Below, in pieces: positions 28,068 to 39,006 of a stretch of 64,000 nucleotides of DNA. The position numbers and the translations under genes were made by a program. Every line of letters begins with the position of its first letter. Position 1 is the stretch's first letter. Origin of the DNA: Bacteroidia bacterium (GTDB lineage: Bacteria; Bacteroidota; Bacteroidia; M30B66); assembly GCA_965279035.1 (NCBI GenBank), contig OZ257142.1, positions 3,712,001 through 3,776,000 of the forward strand. Direction: 5' to 3'. Below the pieces are notes generated by a model. The model saw only the letters and a program-made list of their open reading frames with translations, was not told the DNA's origin and did not search any database.

Positions 28068-29408
28068 GTGTTCAAAAAAATCCTGATCGCCAACCGCGGC
28101 GAGATCGCATTGCGCATCATCCGCACGGCCCACGAAATGGGAATTAAAACCGTAGCGGTATATTCAACGGCAGATAAAGAAAGTTTGCATGTTCGTTTTG
28201 CCGACGAAGCTGTTTGCATTGGCCCACCGCCAAGTAAAGATTCCTACCTCAACATTGCCAATATCATTTCGGCAGCAGAAATAACCAATGCAGATGCAAT
28301 TCATCCTGGTTATGGTTTCCTTTCTGAAAATGCTAAATTTTCGAAAATCTGCCAGGATCATAACATCAAATTCATTGGTGCTACTCCTGAGCAAATTGAA
28401 AAAATGGGTGATAAATCCATGGCTAAAACAACCATGCGTGAAGCGGGAGTTCCTACCGTTCCCGGTTCTGAAGGCTTGTTGGAAAGTTTAGAGGACGCAA
28501 AAAAAACTGCCAAAAAAATCAAATATCCAGTCATCATCAAAGCAACTGCTGGTGGTGGTGGTAAAGGAATGCGCATCGTTTGGAAAGAAGATGAGCTCGA
28601 AAATGCATGGGACTCTGCCCGTCAGGAAGCTGCTGCTGCTTTTGGAAACGATGGCATGTACATGGAAAAATACATCGAGGAACCTCGTCACATCGAAATT
28701 CAAATTATTGGAGATCAATATGGACGTGTGAGTCATCTAAGCGAACGCGATTGTTCTATTCAACGACGTCACCAAAAATTGATGGAAGAAACTCCATCTC
28801 CTTTTATGACGCAGGAATTACGAGATGAAATGGGCGATGCTGCCGTTCGTGCTGCCAAAGCAGTAAACTACGAAGGCGTTGGTACGATTGAGTTTCTTGT
28901 TGATAAGCACCGTAACTTCTATTTCATGGAGATGAATACCCGAATTCAGGTTGAACATCCCATTACCGAAGAAGTAATTGATTATGACTTGATTCGTGAG
29001 CAAATCAAAGTGGCTGCTGGAGTTCCTATCTCAGGGAAAAATTATTACCCACAAATGCATGCTATTGAAGTTCGAATCAATGCGGAAGATCCAAACAATA
29101 ACTTCCGTCCTTCACCCGGTTTGATTACTACATTTCATGCACCGGGCGGACATGGAGTTCGTCTCGATACACATGCGTATGCTGGTTATACCATTCCTCC
29201 GAATTACGATTCAATGATTGCAAAACTCATTACCATTGCTCAAACACGCGAAGAAGCCATTGCTAAAATGCGTAGAGCATTGCACGAATTTGTGATTGAT
29301 GGTGTAAAAACAACAATTCCTTTTCATAAAAAGTTGATGGATAATGCCGATTTTATAGCAGGGAATTATACCACCAAATTCCTTGAAGACTTTGACTTTA
29401 AAGATTAA
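28068..29408 (+). CDS. accC: Acetyl-CoA carboxylase biotin carboxylase
   Basis: [40 protein letters not shown]. Confidence 0.97.
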   Translation: MFKKILIANRGEIALRIIRTAHEMGIKTVAVYSTADKESLHVRFADEAVCIGPPPSKDSYLNIANIISAAEITNADAIHPGYGFLSENAKFSKICQDHNIKFIGATPEQIEKMGDKSMAKTTMREAGVPTVPGSEGLLESLEDAKKTAKKIKYPVIIKATAGGGGKGMRIVWKEDELENAWDSARQEAAAAFGNDGMYMEKYIEEPRHIEIQIIGDQYGRVSHLSERDCSIQRRHQKLMEETPSPFMTQELRDEMGDAAVRAAKAVNYEGVGTIEFLVDKHRNFYFMEMNTRIQVEHPITEEVIDYDLIREQIKVAAGVPISGKNYYPQMHAIEVRINAEDPNNNFRPSPGLITTFHAPGGHGVRLDTHAYAGYTIPPNYDSMIAKLITIAQTREEAIAKMRRALHEFVIDGVKTTIPFHKKLMDNADFIAGNYTTKFLEDFDFKD

Positions 29409-29419
29409 TTGAAATCAAG

Positions 29420-29446
29420 AACCAGAGTTAATCCTCTGGTTTTTTT
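29420..29446 (+). terminator. Intrinsic terminator after accC
   Basis: AACCAGAG-TTAATC-CTCTGGTT followed by a T run. Confidence 0.7.
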
Positions 29447-29458
29447 ATGCTTGTTTCT

Positions 29459-30295
29459 ATGAAAAAAATCCTTCTCCTTCTCAGCTTGATTATTTCGGGA
29501 AGTATTCATTCACAATCGAAATTATTCCAACCCGGATGGCAACTTAGCTTTGGAGCAGGTGTAGGCTTGCAACGATTAGATGCTAATTTCGATTCATTAT
29601 CCCGTTTTTTTAATGGTGATGCAACACTCCAAATTCCTGCTCAGCCAGCCATTCGCTTATATAATAAACCAATGTTTGGGGTTGAACTCAACTACATTCA
29701 TAACCTACAAAATACTATCACTTGGAAAGCCGGATTAACTGGCAGCATACAACAGATAGCATATAGTTATGGAAATACATATAAAGATTCAAGTTCTATA
29801 AAATTGAGTTCTGCAGGAATACAAGCACAAGCAATCAAAGCCTTTCATCCAACTGAGGGTAGTATTTTGATGATTGGTATTGGAGCATCCATTCAGGGAG
29901 TTTTTCTTCAAAACACTCAGATTATCAACCGCATAGATACATTAGTTAGTTTCCAGAATTATTTGAATGTTTCTGCAACTTCAAACTTAGATATGAACTT
30001 AACAAGCAAACTCTTAATTCAAGGAATTGCTAGTTTGGAATGGATTAATAAATTAAATGATCATTGGAGTTTATCGGCATCAATTCAAGGAAGATTGCCC
30101 TTAACTGATAATTTCAATTTCACGGGAACTACAATTGCAAACGGAAAATTGGATTTGTTTGGAAATTCAATCGCAATTCCTATTTCCACAACAACCGCAA
30201 CAACATCTTCGTCACGAATGCCTTATTGCCAATTCAATATTGGAATTATTCGCACACTTAATATGAAACATGTAGTTGTTTCGAATCTTCCCTAA
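29459..30295 (+). CDS. Hypothetical exported protein, possible outer-membrane beta-barrel
   Basis: Signal peptide MKKILLLL...HS/Q; alternating hydrophobic strands; no family motif recognised. Confidence 0.55.
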   Translation: MKKILLLLSLIISGSIHSQSKLFQPGWQLSFGAGVGLQRLDANFDSLSRFFNGDATLQIPAQPAIRLYNKPMFGVELNYIHNLQNTITWKAGLTGSIQQIAYSYGNTYKDSSSIKLSSAGIQAQAIKAFHPTEGSILMIGIGASIQGVFLQNTQIINRIDTLVSFQNYLNVSATSNLDMNLTSKLLIQGIASLEWINKLNDHWSLSASIQGRLPLTDNFNFTGTTIANGKLDLFGNSIAIPISTTTATTSSSRMPYCQFNIGIIRTLNMKHVVVSNLP

Positions 30296-30303
30296 AACAA
30301 ATT

Positions 30304-31443
30304 TCACATCTCTTTAAAGAGCCATACATAGGCTTCTGGAAATTCGACTCTCCAAAAGCTTTCGGTATGCTTTCCTTCTGGTTTTATAATAAGTTGTATT
30401 GATTTTTCTGATAGCCCATTCTTAATCAATGATTTTCGAAATTCAATCATATCGGAAATCATTTTTTTACTTTCCTGTTCGCCAGCAACCCAATACATTT
30501 TTATAAGATACTGTATTGGAATTTCATTGATCCACTTTAGAAATTCTTTCTTTGAAATCCAAAGTGAAGGAGAGAAAATGGCCGATTTTCCAAAGACTTC
30601 GGGATGTTTTAATTGTGCATAGAGTGAAATGAATCCTCCCAAAGAGCTTCCAGCAATTCCTGTAAATTTAGGTTTTGATAATGTTCTGAAATGTTCATCA
30701 ACATAGGGCTTTAGTGTATAAACTAAGAAATCTACATAGGCTTCACCTTCGGGATGATGTCCATTTACTTTATGACCCCAAGGAGTATATTCACTCATTC
30801 GCTCAGAACTATTCTCAATTCCAATGATGATGGCATTTTGAATTCCTTTTTCATAAAAATTGCGCATGCTTTCATCAATTCCCCATTCCCCCTTGAACGC
30901 AGTTCGATCATCAAATAAATTCTGCCCATCCTGCATATATATGACTGGATAACGTTTCTCATCCGAACTTTTATAATCGGGTGGCAAACAAATCCAAATT
31001 TTACGTTTCCTTCCTAATTGAGGAATATAGAATGAATCGGCCAAAATCTGAACTTCGGGTAAAGCAGTAGATTGCAGTTTTACATCTGTTTGATTTTCCC
31101 AGTTCTGAATTGAAATATCAATGGTATCATGTGGATGAACATTGGATATTCTATTCGGTATCGATTGACCTTTTTCATCAACTTCTACGTTTGACCAAGT
31201 TCCTTGAGTGAATTTATATTCGATCGAACCTTTGCAATGTATCGTGAGATAATAGTTCCCATTCGAACTCTGCTTGAATTTATAGTCGGATAAACCAGGA
31301 TTCCACTGATTGAAATTACCAGCAATGAAAATGCTATCACCCGAATTTGTTGAATTAGGAAGGGAAGTAATCCGAAATGTAACTTGAGCGAAATCCTGAA
31401 GAAACAGGAAGCAGAAAAAAGAAAATAAAAGGATTTTTCTCAC
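30304..31443 (-). CDS. Alpha/beta-hydrolase (putative esterase) with N-terminal CBM20-like domain
   Basis: IAGNFNQWNP...YKFT; YPVIYMQDGQNLFD; GSSLGG; GKHTESFW. Confidence 0.85.
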   Translation of the reverse strand: MRKILLFSFFCFLFLQDFAQVTFRITSLPNSTNSGDSIFIAGNFNQWNPGLSDYKFKQSSNGNYYLTIHCKGSIEYKFTQGTWSNVEVDEKGQSIPNRISNVHPHDTIDISIQNWENQTDVKLQSTALPEVQILADSFYIPQLGRKRKIWICLPPDYKSSDEKRYPVIYMQDGQNLFDDRTAFKGEWGIDESMRNFYEKGIQNAIIIGIENSSERMSEYTPWGHKVNGHHPEGEAYVDFLVYTLKPYVDEHFRTLSKPKFTGIAGSSLGGFISLYAQLKHPEVFGKSAIFSPSLWISKKEFLKWINEIPIQYLIKMYWVAGEQESKKMISDMIEFRKSLIKNGLSEKSIQLIIKPEGKHTESFWRVEFPEAYVWLFKEM

Positions 31444-31446
31444 CTT

Positions 31447-32238
31447 TTAAGCTTGAATTGTAAATTGATCTGCATCCAACAAAGCAGGAAAACTCAACCT
31501 AAAATCATCTAAATCGGGTTTTGAAATGTTAATCGTTTCGCATCGATCTCCAAAACGTTCGGTTTGACTTAATCGTTCACCTTTAAAATCAACCAAAACA
31601 GAATCACCCGAATAGCTCACATCATTTCCATCGGTGCCAATCCGATTCACGCCAACGACGTATGCCTGATTTTCTATTGCTCTAGCTACAAGTAACGATT
31701 TCCAAGCATGTGCTCTTCGTTCTGGCCAGTTTGCAACATAAATAAGGACATCATAATCGTAAGTAGCATTCAACATACGGTTTCGCGACCAAACAGGGAA
31801 ACGTAAATCATAACAGATTAATGGACAAATCTTCCATCCTTTTAATTGGAAAATCGTTCGTGAAGTACCGGCTGTATAATGTTCCTGTTCATTTGCCATT
31901 CGAAACAAATGCCGCTTGTCGTACACCTCGTATTTACCATCCGGATTCATCCAGATTAAACGATTATAAAATGCACCAGCATCTTTCATCATCATGCTAC
32001 CTACAATCACAGCATTCTTTTTGGCAGCCATGCTTTGCATCCATTGCATTGCTTCACCGCCCATTTCTTCGGCTTGTTGAGGAGCATTCATGCTAAATCC
32101 CGTTGTAAACATTTCGGGAAGAACGATGAGATCGGGATGACCAATAATCAGTTCTAATCTCTTTTCAAGCCAGTCGAGATTTTGGTTACGATCCTGCCAA
32201 AACAATCGCGTTTGAACCATGCTGATTGCTAAATTCAT
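31447..32238 (-). CDS. Omega-amidase (nitrilase family, YafV-like)
   Basis: LPEMF, YDKRHLF, ICYDLRFP catalytic triad; paired with a YbdL-like aminotransferase. Confidence 0.9.
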   Translation of the reverse strand: MNLAISMVQTRLFWQDRNQNLDWLEKRLELIIGHPDLIVLPEMFTTGFSMNAPQQAEEMGGEAMQWMQSMAAKKNAVIVGSMMMKDAGAFYNRLIWMNPDGKYEVYDKRHLFRMANEQEHYTAGTSRTIFQLKGWKICPLICYDLRFPVWSRNRMLNATYDYDVLIYVANWPERRAHAWKSLLVARAIENQAYVVGVNRIGTDGNDVSYSGDSVLVDFKGERLSQTERFGDRCETINISKPDLDDFRLSFPALLDADQFTIQA

Positions 32239-32241
32239 AGA

Positions 32242-33399
32242 CTAAATTTTTAACAATTTTTCAGCAGCTTTTTCCAACTCATCCTGCTCTTTTGCAAAAC
32301 AAAACCGTAGCAATTTATTGTCGATTACTTTGTGATAAAACACAGAAACCGGAATGGATGCAACACCATGTTCTATGGTTAATCGACGAGCAAAATCAAC
32401 ATCTTTTTCCTGAGAGATTGCGCTATAATTTAAAAGTTGAAAATAGGTTCCGGCTGATGGCATAAAACTGAATCGTGAACCTTCAAATAGACGTAGAAAG
32501 AAATCGCGTTTTTCCTGATAAAATGCAGGTAAATGAAGATATCGTTCTTTCTCCTTTAAGAACTCTGCATAAGCATACTGAATGGGAGTATTGACCGAAA
32601 ACACTAAGTATTGATGCACTTTCCGAAATTCAACCATCAAATTAGCAGGTGCTAAACAATAGCCCAGTTTCCAACCGGTTGTATGATAGGTTTTTCCAAA
32701 GGAGGAAACAATCACTGAACGCTGAGCCAGCTTTGGAAAACGAGCGACACTTTGATGTTCAAATCCATCAAATAAAATATGCTCATACACTTCATCACTC
32801 AAAATTATGATGTCGGTATTCTGAGTGAGTTTCTCTAAACGTTGAATGTCGGCTGCATTGAGAAAACTCCCGGTAGGATTATGCGGTGTATTGATAATGA
32901 TCATCCGAGTTCGGGGATTGATCAGCTTTTGAAATTCATTCCAATTGATCTTGAACGTTTGAGGATCCAACTGAAAGAAAACAGCTTTTCCACCAGCCAT
33001 TTCAATGGCAGGAAGATAACTATCATATGCAGGTTCAATGATAATGACTTCTTCTCCTTCTCTAACCAATGCATTAATTGCCGTGTACAATGCCTGAGTT
33101 GCTCCTGCTGTAATGGTAATCTCTGTTTCCGGATCATACACCATACTATACATTTCTTCAGTCTTGATCGCAATGGCTTCGCGCAATTCGGGAATTCCCG
33201 GCATAGGAGCGTATTGATTTTGGGCTCTTCTTAAGTGCTTTTCAACTAACGAAATTAAATCGGGCGAACAATCAAATCCTGGAAATCCTTGTGAAAGGTT
33301 AATTGCATTGTGTTCGCGTGCAAGCTTGGTCATTACGGCAAAAATGGACGTTTGTACCGCAGGTAATTTTGAATGTATAGTAGAGGAATACTTAGGCAT
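32242..33399 (-). CDS. Methionine aminotransferase (YbdL-like, PLP class I)
   Basis: AINLSQGFP, NTPHNPTG, DEVYEH, SFGKTYHTTGWKLGY. Confidence 0.9.
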   Translation of the reverse strand: MPKYSSTIHSKLPAVQTSIFAVMTKLAREHNAINLSQGFPGFDCSPDLISLVEKHLRRAQNQYAPMPGIPELREAIAIKTEEMYSMVYDPETEITITAGATQALYTAINALVREGEEVIIIEPAYDSYLPAIEMAGGKAVFFQLDPQTFKINWNEFQKLINPRTRMIIINTPHNPTGSFLNAADIQRLEKLTQNTDIIILSDEVYEHILFDGFEHQSVARFPKLAQRSVIVSSFGKTYHTTGWKLGYCLAPANLMVEFRKVHQYLVFSVNTPIQYAYAEFLKEKERYLHLPAFYQEKRDFFLRLFEGSRFSFMPSAGTYFQLLNYSAISQEKDVDFARRLTIEHGVASIPVSVFYHKVIDNKLLRFCFAKEQDELEKAAEKLLKI

Positions 33400-33545
33400 G
33401 AAGAGATATCTGGAAAAACAAAAATAGCGAAGCTTCATCTAGAACGAAGTAGCGAAAGCTTGTTAAATCCTATTAATTTTAAACACGAGTTCTATGTATG
33501 TGGCTTTTAACTGTACTTTTATCGGATAAATCAAACCTTTTATAC

Positions 33546-34064
33546 ATGACGATTGACGATAAAATGGTTGTTTCGGTAAACTACCGTCTTACTGTAAGCA
33601 GCGATGGATCTTCACAAGAAGACCTCGTAGAAGAAACCAATTCAGAACAACCGTTCGTATTTCTTTTTGGGTCAGGTGGACTACTTGAAGAATTCGAAAA
33701 CAACCTGCGCGGATTAAAAAACGGCGATTCATTTGATTTTGTTATCAAATCAGAAAACGGTTACGGTGTAAATAACGATGAGAATATAGTGCAGATTCCA
33801 ATGGCTGCTTTTGTTGGTGAAGGCGAAGAGCTCGACCGCGAAATGGTTAGTCCAGGAAATTTTCTTCCGATGGTTGATGACCGTGGAAATCAAATGCAAG
33901 GATTGGTCTTAGCAGTTAACGAAGATCATATTGTGATGGATTTCAATCATCCTTTGGCAGGTAAAGACTTGCATTTTATAGGAAGTGTAAATGAGATCCG
34001 TAGCGCTACTGTCGAAGAACTTGCTCATGGCCATGTTCATGGAGAAGGTGGTCATCATCATTAA
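33546..34064 (+). CDS. slyD: FKBP-type PPIase SlyD
   Basis: DFNHPLAGKDLHF; His-rich tail HGHVHGEGGHHH. Confidence 0.92.
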   Translation: MTIDDKMVVSVNYRLTVSSDGSSQEDLVEETNSEQPFVFLFGSGGLLEEFENNLRGLKNGDSFDFVIKSENGYGVNNDENIVQIPMAAFVGEGEELDREMVSPGNFLPMVDDRGNQMQGLVLAVNEDHIVMDFNHPLAGKDLHFIGSVNEIRSATVEELAHGHVHGEGGHHH

Positions 34065-34082
34065 TTCATTAGAATAAAAATC

Positions 34083-34116
34083 AAAAAGCCCGGTTCATGA
34101 AGATGTTCCGGGCTTT
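34083..34116. terminator. Terminator between convergent slyD and marR genes
   Basis: AAAGCCCGG...CCGGGCTTT. Confidence 0.6.
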
Positions 34117-34168
34117 ATATTTTAGGACTTATCAGTCAAGTTTAAATCAAGGTTCGATGTGTTTGGGA

Positions 34169-34636
34169 TCAGCGAATTTTAATGCTTGATTCTCTGCCTT
34201 TATCTAATAAATGATTGAGCATAACAGCCTCTTCAATCGTTAAGGAATTCACTCCGAAAAAAAACTCGTCTTCTATTAAGTCAATTTTAGCTAGCAAATC
34301 CAATCCTTCTTTTGAAATTTTCACATCAACTGCACGTCTATCAATTGAACTTACTGAGCGTTCAACTAGATTTTTCGACCTTAATTTTTCCACAATTCGG
34401 GAAGCATTCGAGGCTTTATCAATCATTCGATTAATTAAATCATTTACAGTTGTTGCTTTGGGATGCTGACCGCGAAGGATGCGCAAAACATTGAATTGAG
34501 GTGTTGTCAACCCAAATTTCTTTAACACTTGTAAATGATGATGATTAATACAGCTTACTGTATACATCAAATTAATCGATGCTTTTTGATATTCCGTTTT
34601 AAACTTCGACTGGTGTACTTCATTTTCGATTCCCAT
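34169..34636 (-). CDS. MarR family transcriptional regulator
   Basis: LTTPQFNVLRILRG...SRIVEKL...DRR. Confidence 0.9.
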   Translation of the reverse strand: MGIENEVHQSKFKTEYQKASINLMYTVSCINHHHLQVLKKFGLTTPQFNVLRILRGQHPKATTVNDLINRMIDKASNASRIVEKLRSKNLVERSVSSIDRRAVDVKISKEGLDLLAKIDLIEDEFFFGVNSLTIEEAVMLNHLLDKGRESSIKIR

Positions 34637-34718
34637 AAAAACAAATTTATGTAATCACATTAAATGTACCTACATCAGTGAGATTTTTTATATCAATTCA
34701 AGTATTATCAAATGAATA

Positions 34719-36113
34719 TCAGTTCTTTATAAATGATTTAGTTGATAAACCATCTTGTCCTGCGATACGGATTAGATAATATCCTGCTTCCAAGTTCTGA
34801 ATATTTATTGGATTTAAATCCGAACCAGTCAAGCTGCCATTCAATAAACATTTACCCGAAATATCATAAATAGAATAAGTGTTTGCATTTTTAAAATTGC
34901 TTCTTAACATCACCTCAGTATTGGCCGGATTAGGATACAAGCTAATTTCTGAACTGCTTACATCAGACATTCCTGATATATCTACAAAATTCAAAAATTC
35001 ACGTCTATAATTATTCTGTAATGACAAGTTGTTATTGTTCCAGTTTTGAGCTTCAATTGTTATCAAACGAGATTCACCATCATAGGAATTCGTATAAGAA
35101 AAGAAATCTGATATGGTCCACGTAGAACCATCAAATGTTTCGTATTTGTCGATTATTATATTTTCAAAAGCATCGTATTCTATTGTTGTTCGATTACCAT
35201 CAGTCCAACTTTCACCATCCGAAGTTTCTACTAAAACAAACGAATTAAGACCATCCATTGTAGTTGTTTGTCTCTCCGAATTAATCCAATTAGGATCAAT
35301 GAAATTCTGAAGTATGTAATTGGCTGGTTCAATTTCAATTAAAATAAGTCCTTCGCCAGTCCAAACGATATCAATTGCCCGTTGATTTAAAACCCAAGAA
35401 CTTCCATTCCATGAATACAAATAAATAGTATCAGGTAAAACAGCAGATGAAGAATAAGCACAGTTAAACTTCAAATAATTTTCTAATACGCCAGGAGTAA
35501 CATTGGCCAAACGAAGTACAATTTCATCTAACTTGTTCTCAGGTGTATATGTTAAATTATAATCTGAGTAAGCAACCCAAGAACTATTCGTATAATCATA
35601 CGTCTCATAAGTTGCTGAATTGAGATTAGCACCTGTGTATAAATCAACTCGTCGTTGCCCATCATTCAACACCCAATTGCTTCCATCCCAAGAATATCCT
35701 TCATAACCTGTTTCTACTCCATTTGCTGAGTAAAGCGTTACTTGTTTTGAAACAAAATCATAATTACTTCCATTCCAATTTTCATACACAGTTGTTTCTA
35801 TATCTCCTGCAGCATTGTATGTATAACTAATACGCTGATCCGTTTGAGATATTGATTCATAATTCTCCAAACTTTGAGTTAATTTGGAATTATCATAACT
35901 ATAATCATTCGTATTGATCAGAGTCCAAGTTGATCCTTTTGAATCCCATTCGGAATAACGCTCTTGTCCTGGTCGCCAATCGGGAACTGATCGATCATGT
36001 GTTTTACGTATCGTGTTTTTAACAGCTAAAGGACTAACTTCCCGATTTTGGGATTGCGAATACAGCGTCAATGATGAAACTGAAATAAGAGCGATTAGTA
36101 GAGAATTTTTCAT
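34719..36113 (-). CDS. T9SS type A cargo with W-x-G-x-x-W beta-repeats (DUF3836-like)
   Basis: Signal peptide; repeated W(D/N)GSxW and YxYD motifs; LYPNPAN...GYYLIRI...KSFIKN CTD. Confidence 0.8.
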   Translation of the reverse strand: MKNSLLIALISVSSLTLYSQSQNREVSPLAVKNTIRKTHDRSVPDWRPGQERYSEWDSKGSTWTLINTNDYSYDNSKLTQSLENYESISQTDQRISYTYNAAGDIETTVYENWNGSNYDFVSKQVTLYSANGVETGYEGYSWDGSNWVLNDGQRRVDLYTGANLNSATYETYDYTNSSWVAYSDYNLTYTPENKLDEIVLRLANVTPGVLENYLKFNCAYSSSAVLPDTIYLYSWNGSSWVLNQRAIDIVWTGEGLILIEIEPANYILQNFIDPNWINSERQTTTMDGLNSFVLVETSDGESWTDGNRTTIEYDAFENIIIDKYETFDGSTWTISDFFSYTNSYDGESRLITIEAQNWNNNNLSLQNNYRREFLNFVDISGMSDVSSSEISLYPNPANTEVMLRSNFKNANTYSIYDISGKCLLNGSLTGSDLNPINIQNLEAGYYLIRIAGQDGLSTKSFIKN

Positions 36114-36191
36114 AAGAATGGGTTTATGAAACAAATCTAATAAGCTAATTGGAAGTATTTCTATTTATAGGTAATAAACTCTAACATAACG

Positions 36192-37172
36192 CTATTTCAC
36201 ATTATTACTCCCAGCCACTTCGGCTTGATACCCAATACTATTCAACCATTCTGTATAGGAATCGGTAAAACCATGGTTGACAATAATCCGACTCGCTCCA
36301 CTTTCTTTCACTGCAATATTCAGTGATGGCCAATCAGCATGGTCCGAAAGTACAAATCCACGGTCGGCAGTTCCCATTCGTTTGGCTCCTCCAATGCCCA
36401 TCCAACCCGAAGCAACACCTAAAGAATATGGTTCTAATTGTTGCATCATGGGAGAATCGGACGAAATAAATGGTGTCATGACCAGTGCATTCCGAAATTC
36501 ACTCGAAGCTTGTCCTTGCTTTAAAACGCGCGTTTGTGGTAATTTAAATCCACTTGCACGAAGAACTTCATTGGTATTTTCGATTGCTTCATGAGCGTAA
36601 ACAGGACCAATCGACTGATCCAAATGAAACAACAAGCGCTGCGATTTCCCTAAGGAATATCCGTGCATTAAACTACAAATTCCTTGAGCTGCATTATTTT
36701 TCCACCAAGCATGTATTTCATCAAACACCTGAGCCTGCGATTTCCAACGATAAACAGGCAATCCAAAGGTTGATTCAGTAATAAAAACATCGCACTTGAC
36801 CGATTCAAATGCAGGAGAAAATCCATCATCCTCCAATTTATAGTCACCAGAATACACCCAAACTTCTCCTTTATATTCCACCCGAATTTGTGCGGAGCCA
36901 ATGGTATGTCCTGCCGGATGAAAGGAAAATTTCACTCCATTTATCATAATAGGTTCACCATATCCAATCGTTTCCAAGGGAAGATTTTTCCCCAAACGCA
37001 ATCGTAAAACTTCCGCCGAATCATGATGTGCCAAATACCCCAAAGAACCACCTCGTGCATGATCGCTATGCGCATGACTAATCAATGCTTTCTCAACCTT
37101 CCGCATTGGATCGAGGTAAACACCAGCTGGCGGACAATAAATCCCTTTCTCGTTAAACTGCAATAAATCCAT
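36192..37172 (-). CDS. Ligase-associated DNA damage response exonuclease (metallo-beta-lactamase fold)
   Basis: GIYCPPAGVYLDP, SHAHSDH, PAGHTIGS, ESTFGLP, YSLGKSQR, LSDHADW. Confidence 0.9.
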   Translation of the reverse strand: MDLLQFNEKGIYCPPAGVYLDPMRKVEKALISHAHSDHARGGSLGYLAHHDSAEVLRLRLGKNLPLETIGYGEPIMINGVKFSFHPAGHTIGSAQIRVEYKGEVWVYSGDYKLEDDGFSPAFESVKCDVFITESTFGLPVYRWKSQAQVFDEIHAWWKNNAAQGICSLMHGYSLGKSQRLLFHLDQSIGPVYAHEAIENTNEVLRASGFKLPQTRVLKQGQASSEFRNALVMTPFISSDSPMMQQLEPYSLGVASGWMGIGGAKRMGTADRGFVLSDHADWPSLNIAVKESGASRIIVNHGFTDSYTEWLNSIGYQAEVAGSNNVK

Positions 37173-37219
37173 TCCGACGTAACATTACAAAAAACACGCG
37201 TCGATATTGATTCGAAATG

Positions 37220-37227
37220 TATTTTTG
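37220..37227 (+). promoter_or_regulatory. -7 promoter element (TATTTTTG), 4 nt before mce ATG
   Basis: TAnnTTTG match; near-leaderless. Confidence 0.55.
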
Positions 37228-37231
37228 AGCT

Positions 37232-37633
37232 ATGAATAAAATCGAACATCTCGGCATTGCCGTTCGCGAACTTTCCAAAGCGCAAGAACTCTTCAACCTT
37301 CTTTTAGGAAAGGAATCCTATAAAGTTGAAAGCGTAGAACGCGAAAAAGTCAATACGTTATTTTACCAATTGGGTGAAAGTAAAATCGAACTGCTCGAAA
37401 GCACTGATCCCGATGGAACCATTGCAAAATTCATCGAAAAACGTGGCGAAGGTTTTCATCATGTTGCTTTTTCTGTCGATAATCTTCGAGAAGAAATGAC
37501 ACGACTTAAAAATGCAGGTTTTGAACTTTTAAATGATGAACCTAAAACAGGAGCCGACAATAAGATCATTTGCTTTCTTCACCCAAGATCAACAGGTGGA
37601 CTTTTAGTAGAACTTTGTCAGGACCTAGCCTAA
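37232..37633 (+). CDS. mce: Methylmalonyl-CoA epimerase
   Basis: IEHLGIAV, KIELLE, GEGFHHVAF, FLHPRSTGGLLVELCQ. Confidence 0.92.
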   Translation: MNKIEHLGIAVRELSKAQELFNLLLGKESYKVESVEREKVNTLFYQLGESKIELLESTDPDGTIAKFIEKRGEGFHHVAFSVDNLREEMTRLKNAGFELLNDEPKTGADNKIICFLHPRSTGGLLVELCQDLA

Positions 37634-37716
37634 AATATCCCACAACATAATACCTAAGAGGTAAGATTAATTCAGGGAATTCTTCTAATTTTCCGACCTC
37701 ACCTGACCAATGCATC

Positions 37717-39006
37717 ATGAAATATCAAGCAATCGATTCTGCACTGTATATTGAAAACCGACGTCGCTTTACTGCGAAGATGAAACCGAATAGCATCGCC
37801 GTTTTTGTATCGAACGATGAAATGCCACGTAGTGCAGATGCAACTTATTTCTGGAGACAAAATCCCGATTTGTTTTATTTATCTGGCATCGATCAGGAAC
37901 AAACCATCCTCATTCTCTTTCCCGATTGCCCCAATCCTAAAATGCGGGAAGTTTTATTCTTACGTAAAACCAACGAACATATTGCCGTTTGGGAAGGACA
38001 TAAATACACCAAAGAAGAAGGCAAAGCAGCATCGGGTATCGAAAATATCCTTTGGACAGAAAGTTTCGAATCGACCTTTCATGTCTTGATGACCTATGCC
38101 AATACAATATACTTAAATCAGAACGATCACGATCGGGCAAGTACCCTTGTTCCTTATAACGAATTACGTTTTGCACAAGAAGTTCAATCTAAATATCCGC
38201 TTCATCACATCGAACGGAGTTCACCCATTATGCATGCACTTCGAGCTATCAAATCACCTCTCGAAGTGGCTTCCATGCAAACTGCCTGTAACATCACCGA
38301 GAAAGCCTTACGTCGTGTTTTAGGCTTTGTAAAACCAGGTGTTTGGGAACATGAAATCGAAGCAGAAATTATTCATGAATTCATCCGCAACCGCGCAACA
38401 GGTCATGCTTACAACCCGATTATTGCTTCAGGACCATCGGCCTGTGTTTTACATTATGTAGAAAATAACCGTCAATGCAAAGCGGGCGATGTAATTCTTC
38501 TCGATTTTGGTTCTGAATACGGCAATTACAACTCTGACCTTTCGCGCAGCATACCTGTAAGTGGACGATTTACGACTCGTCAACGTGCAGTGTACGATGC
38601 CGTTTTACGCGTAATGAAATTTGCAACCAAACTTCTTCGTCCCGGAACTCAGTATGAAGAATATGTTTCGCAAGTTGGACTCGCTATGGAAGAGGAATTA
38701 ATTCAACTTGGTTTGTTGAATGCTGCTGAAGTGAAAAATCAAAACCCCGATTCTCCTTTATACAAGAAATACTTCATGCATGGCGTTTCACATTACCTCG
38801 GACTCGATGTGCATGATGTGGGTTATCGCTATGCGCAATTTCAAGCAGGAATGGTGTTCACCTGCGAACCCGGTATTTATATTCCTGAAGAAGGTTTAGG
38901 TATTCGTCTCGAAAACAACATCCTTCTTACCGATGGTGGAAACATCGACCTCATGGCAAACATTCCACTCGAAGCTGAAGAAATTGAAGATTTGATGAAT
39001 CATTGA
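37717..39006 (+). CDS. pepP: Xaa-Pro aminopeptidase (M24B)
   Basis: LHY, LDFG...SDLSR, HGVSHYLGLDVHD, TCEPGIY, GIRLEN. Confidence 0.9.
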   Translation: MKYQAIDSALYIENRRRFTAKMKPNSIAVFVSNDEMPRSADATYFWRQNPDLFYLSGIDQEQTILILFPDCPNPKMREVLFLRKTNEHIAVWEGHKYTKEEGKAASGIENILWTESFESTFHVLMTYANTIYLNQNDHDRASTLVPYNELRFAQEVQSKYPLHHIERSSPIMHALRAIKSPLEVASMQTACNITEKALRRVLGFVKPGVWEHEIEAEIIHEFIRNRATGHAYNPIIASGPSACVLHYVENNRQCKAGDVILLDFGSEYGNYNSDLSRSIPVSGRFTTRQRAVYDAVLRVMKFATKLLRPGTQYEEYVSQVGLAMEEELIQLGLLNAAEVKNQNPDSPLYKKYFMHGVSHYLGLDVHDVGYRYAQFQAGMVFTCEPGIYIPEEGLGIRLENNILLTDGGNIDLMANIPLEAEEIEDLMNH

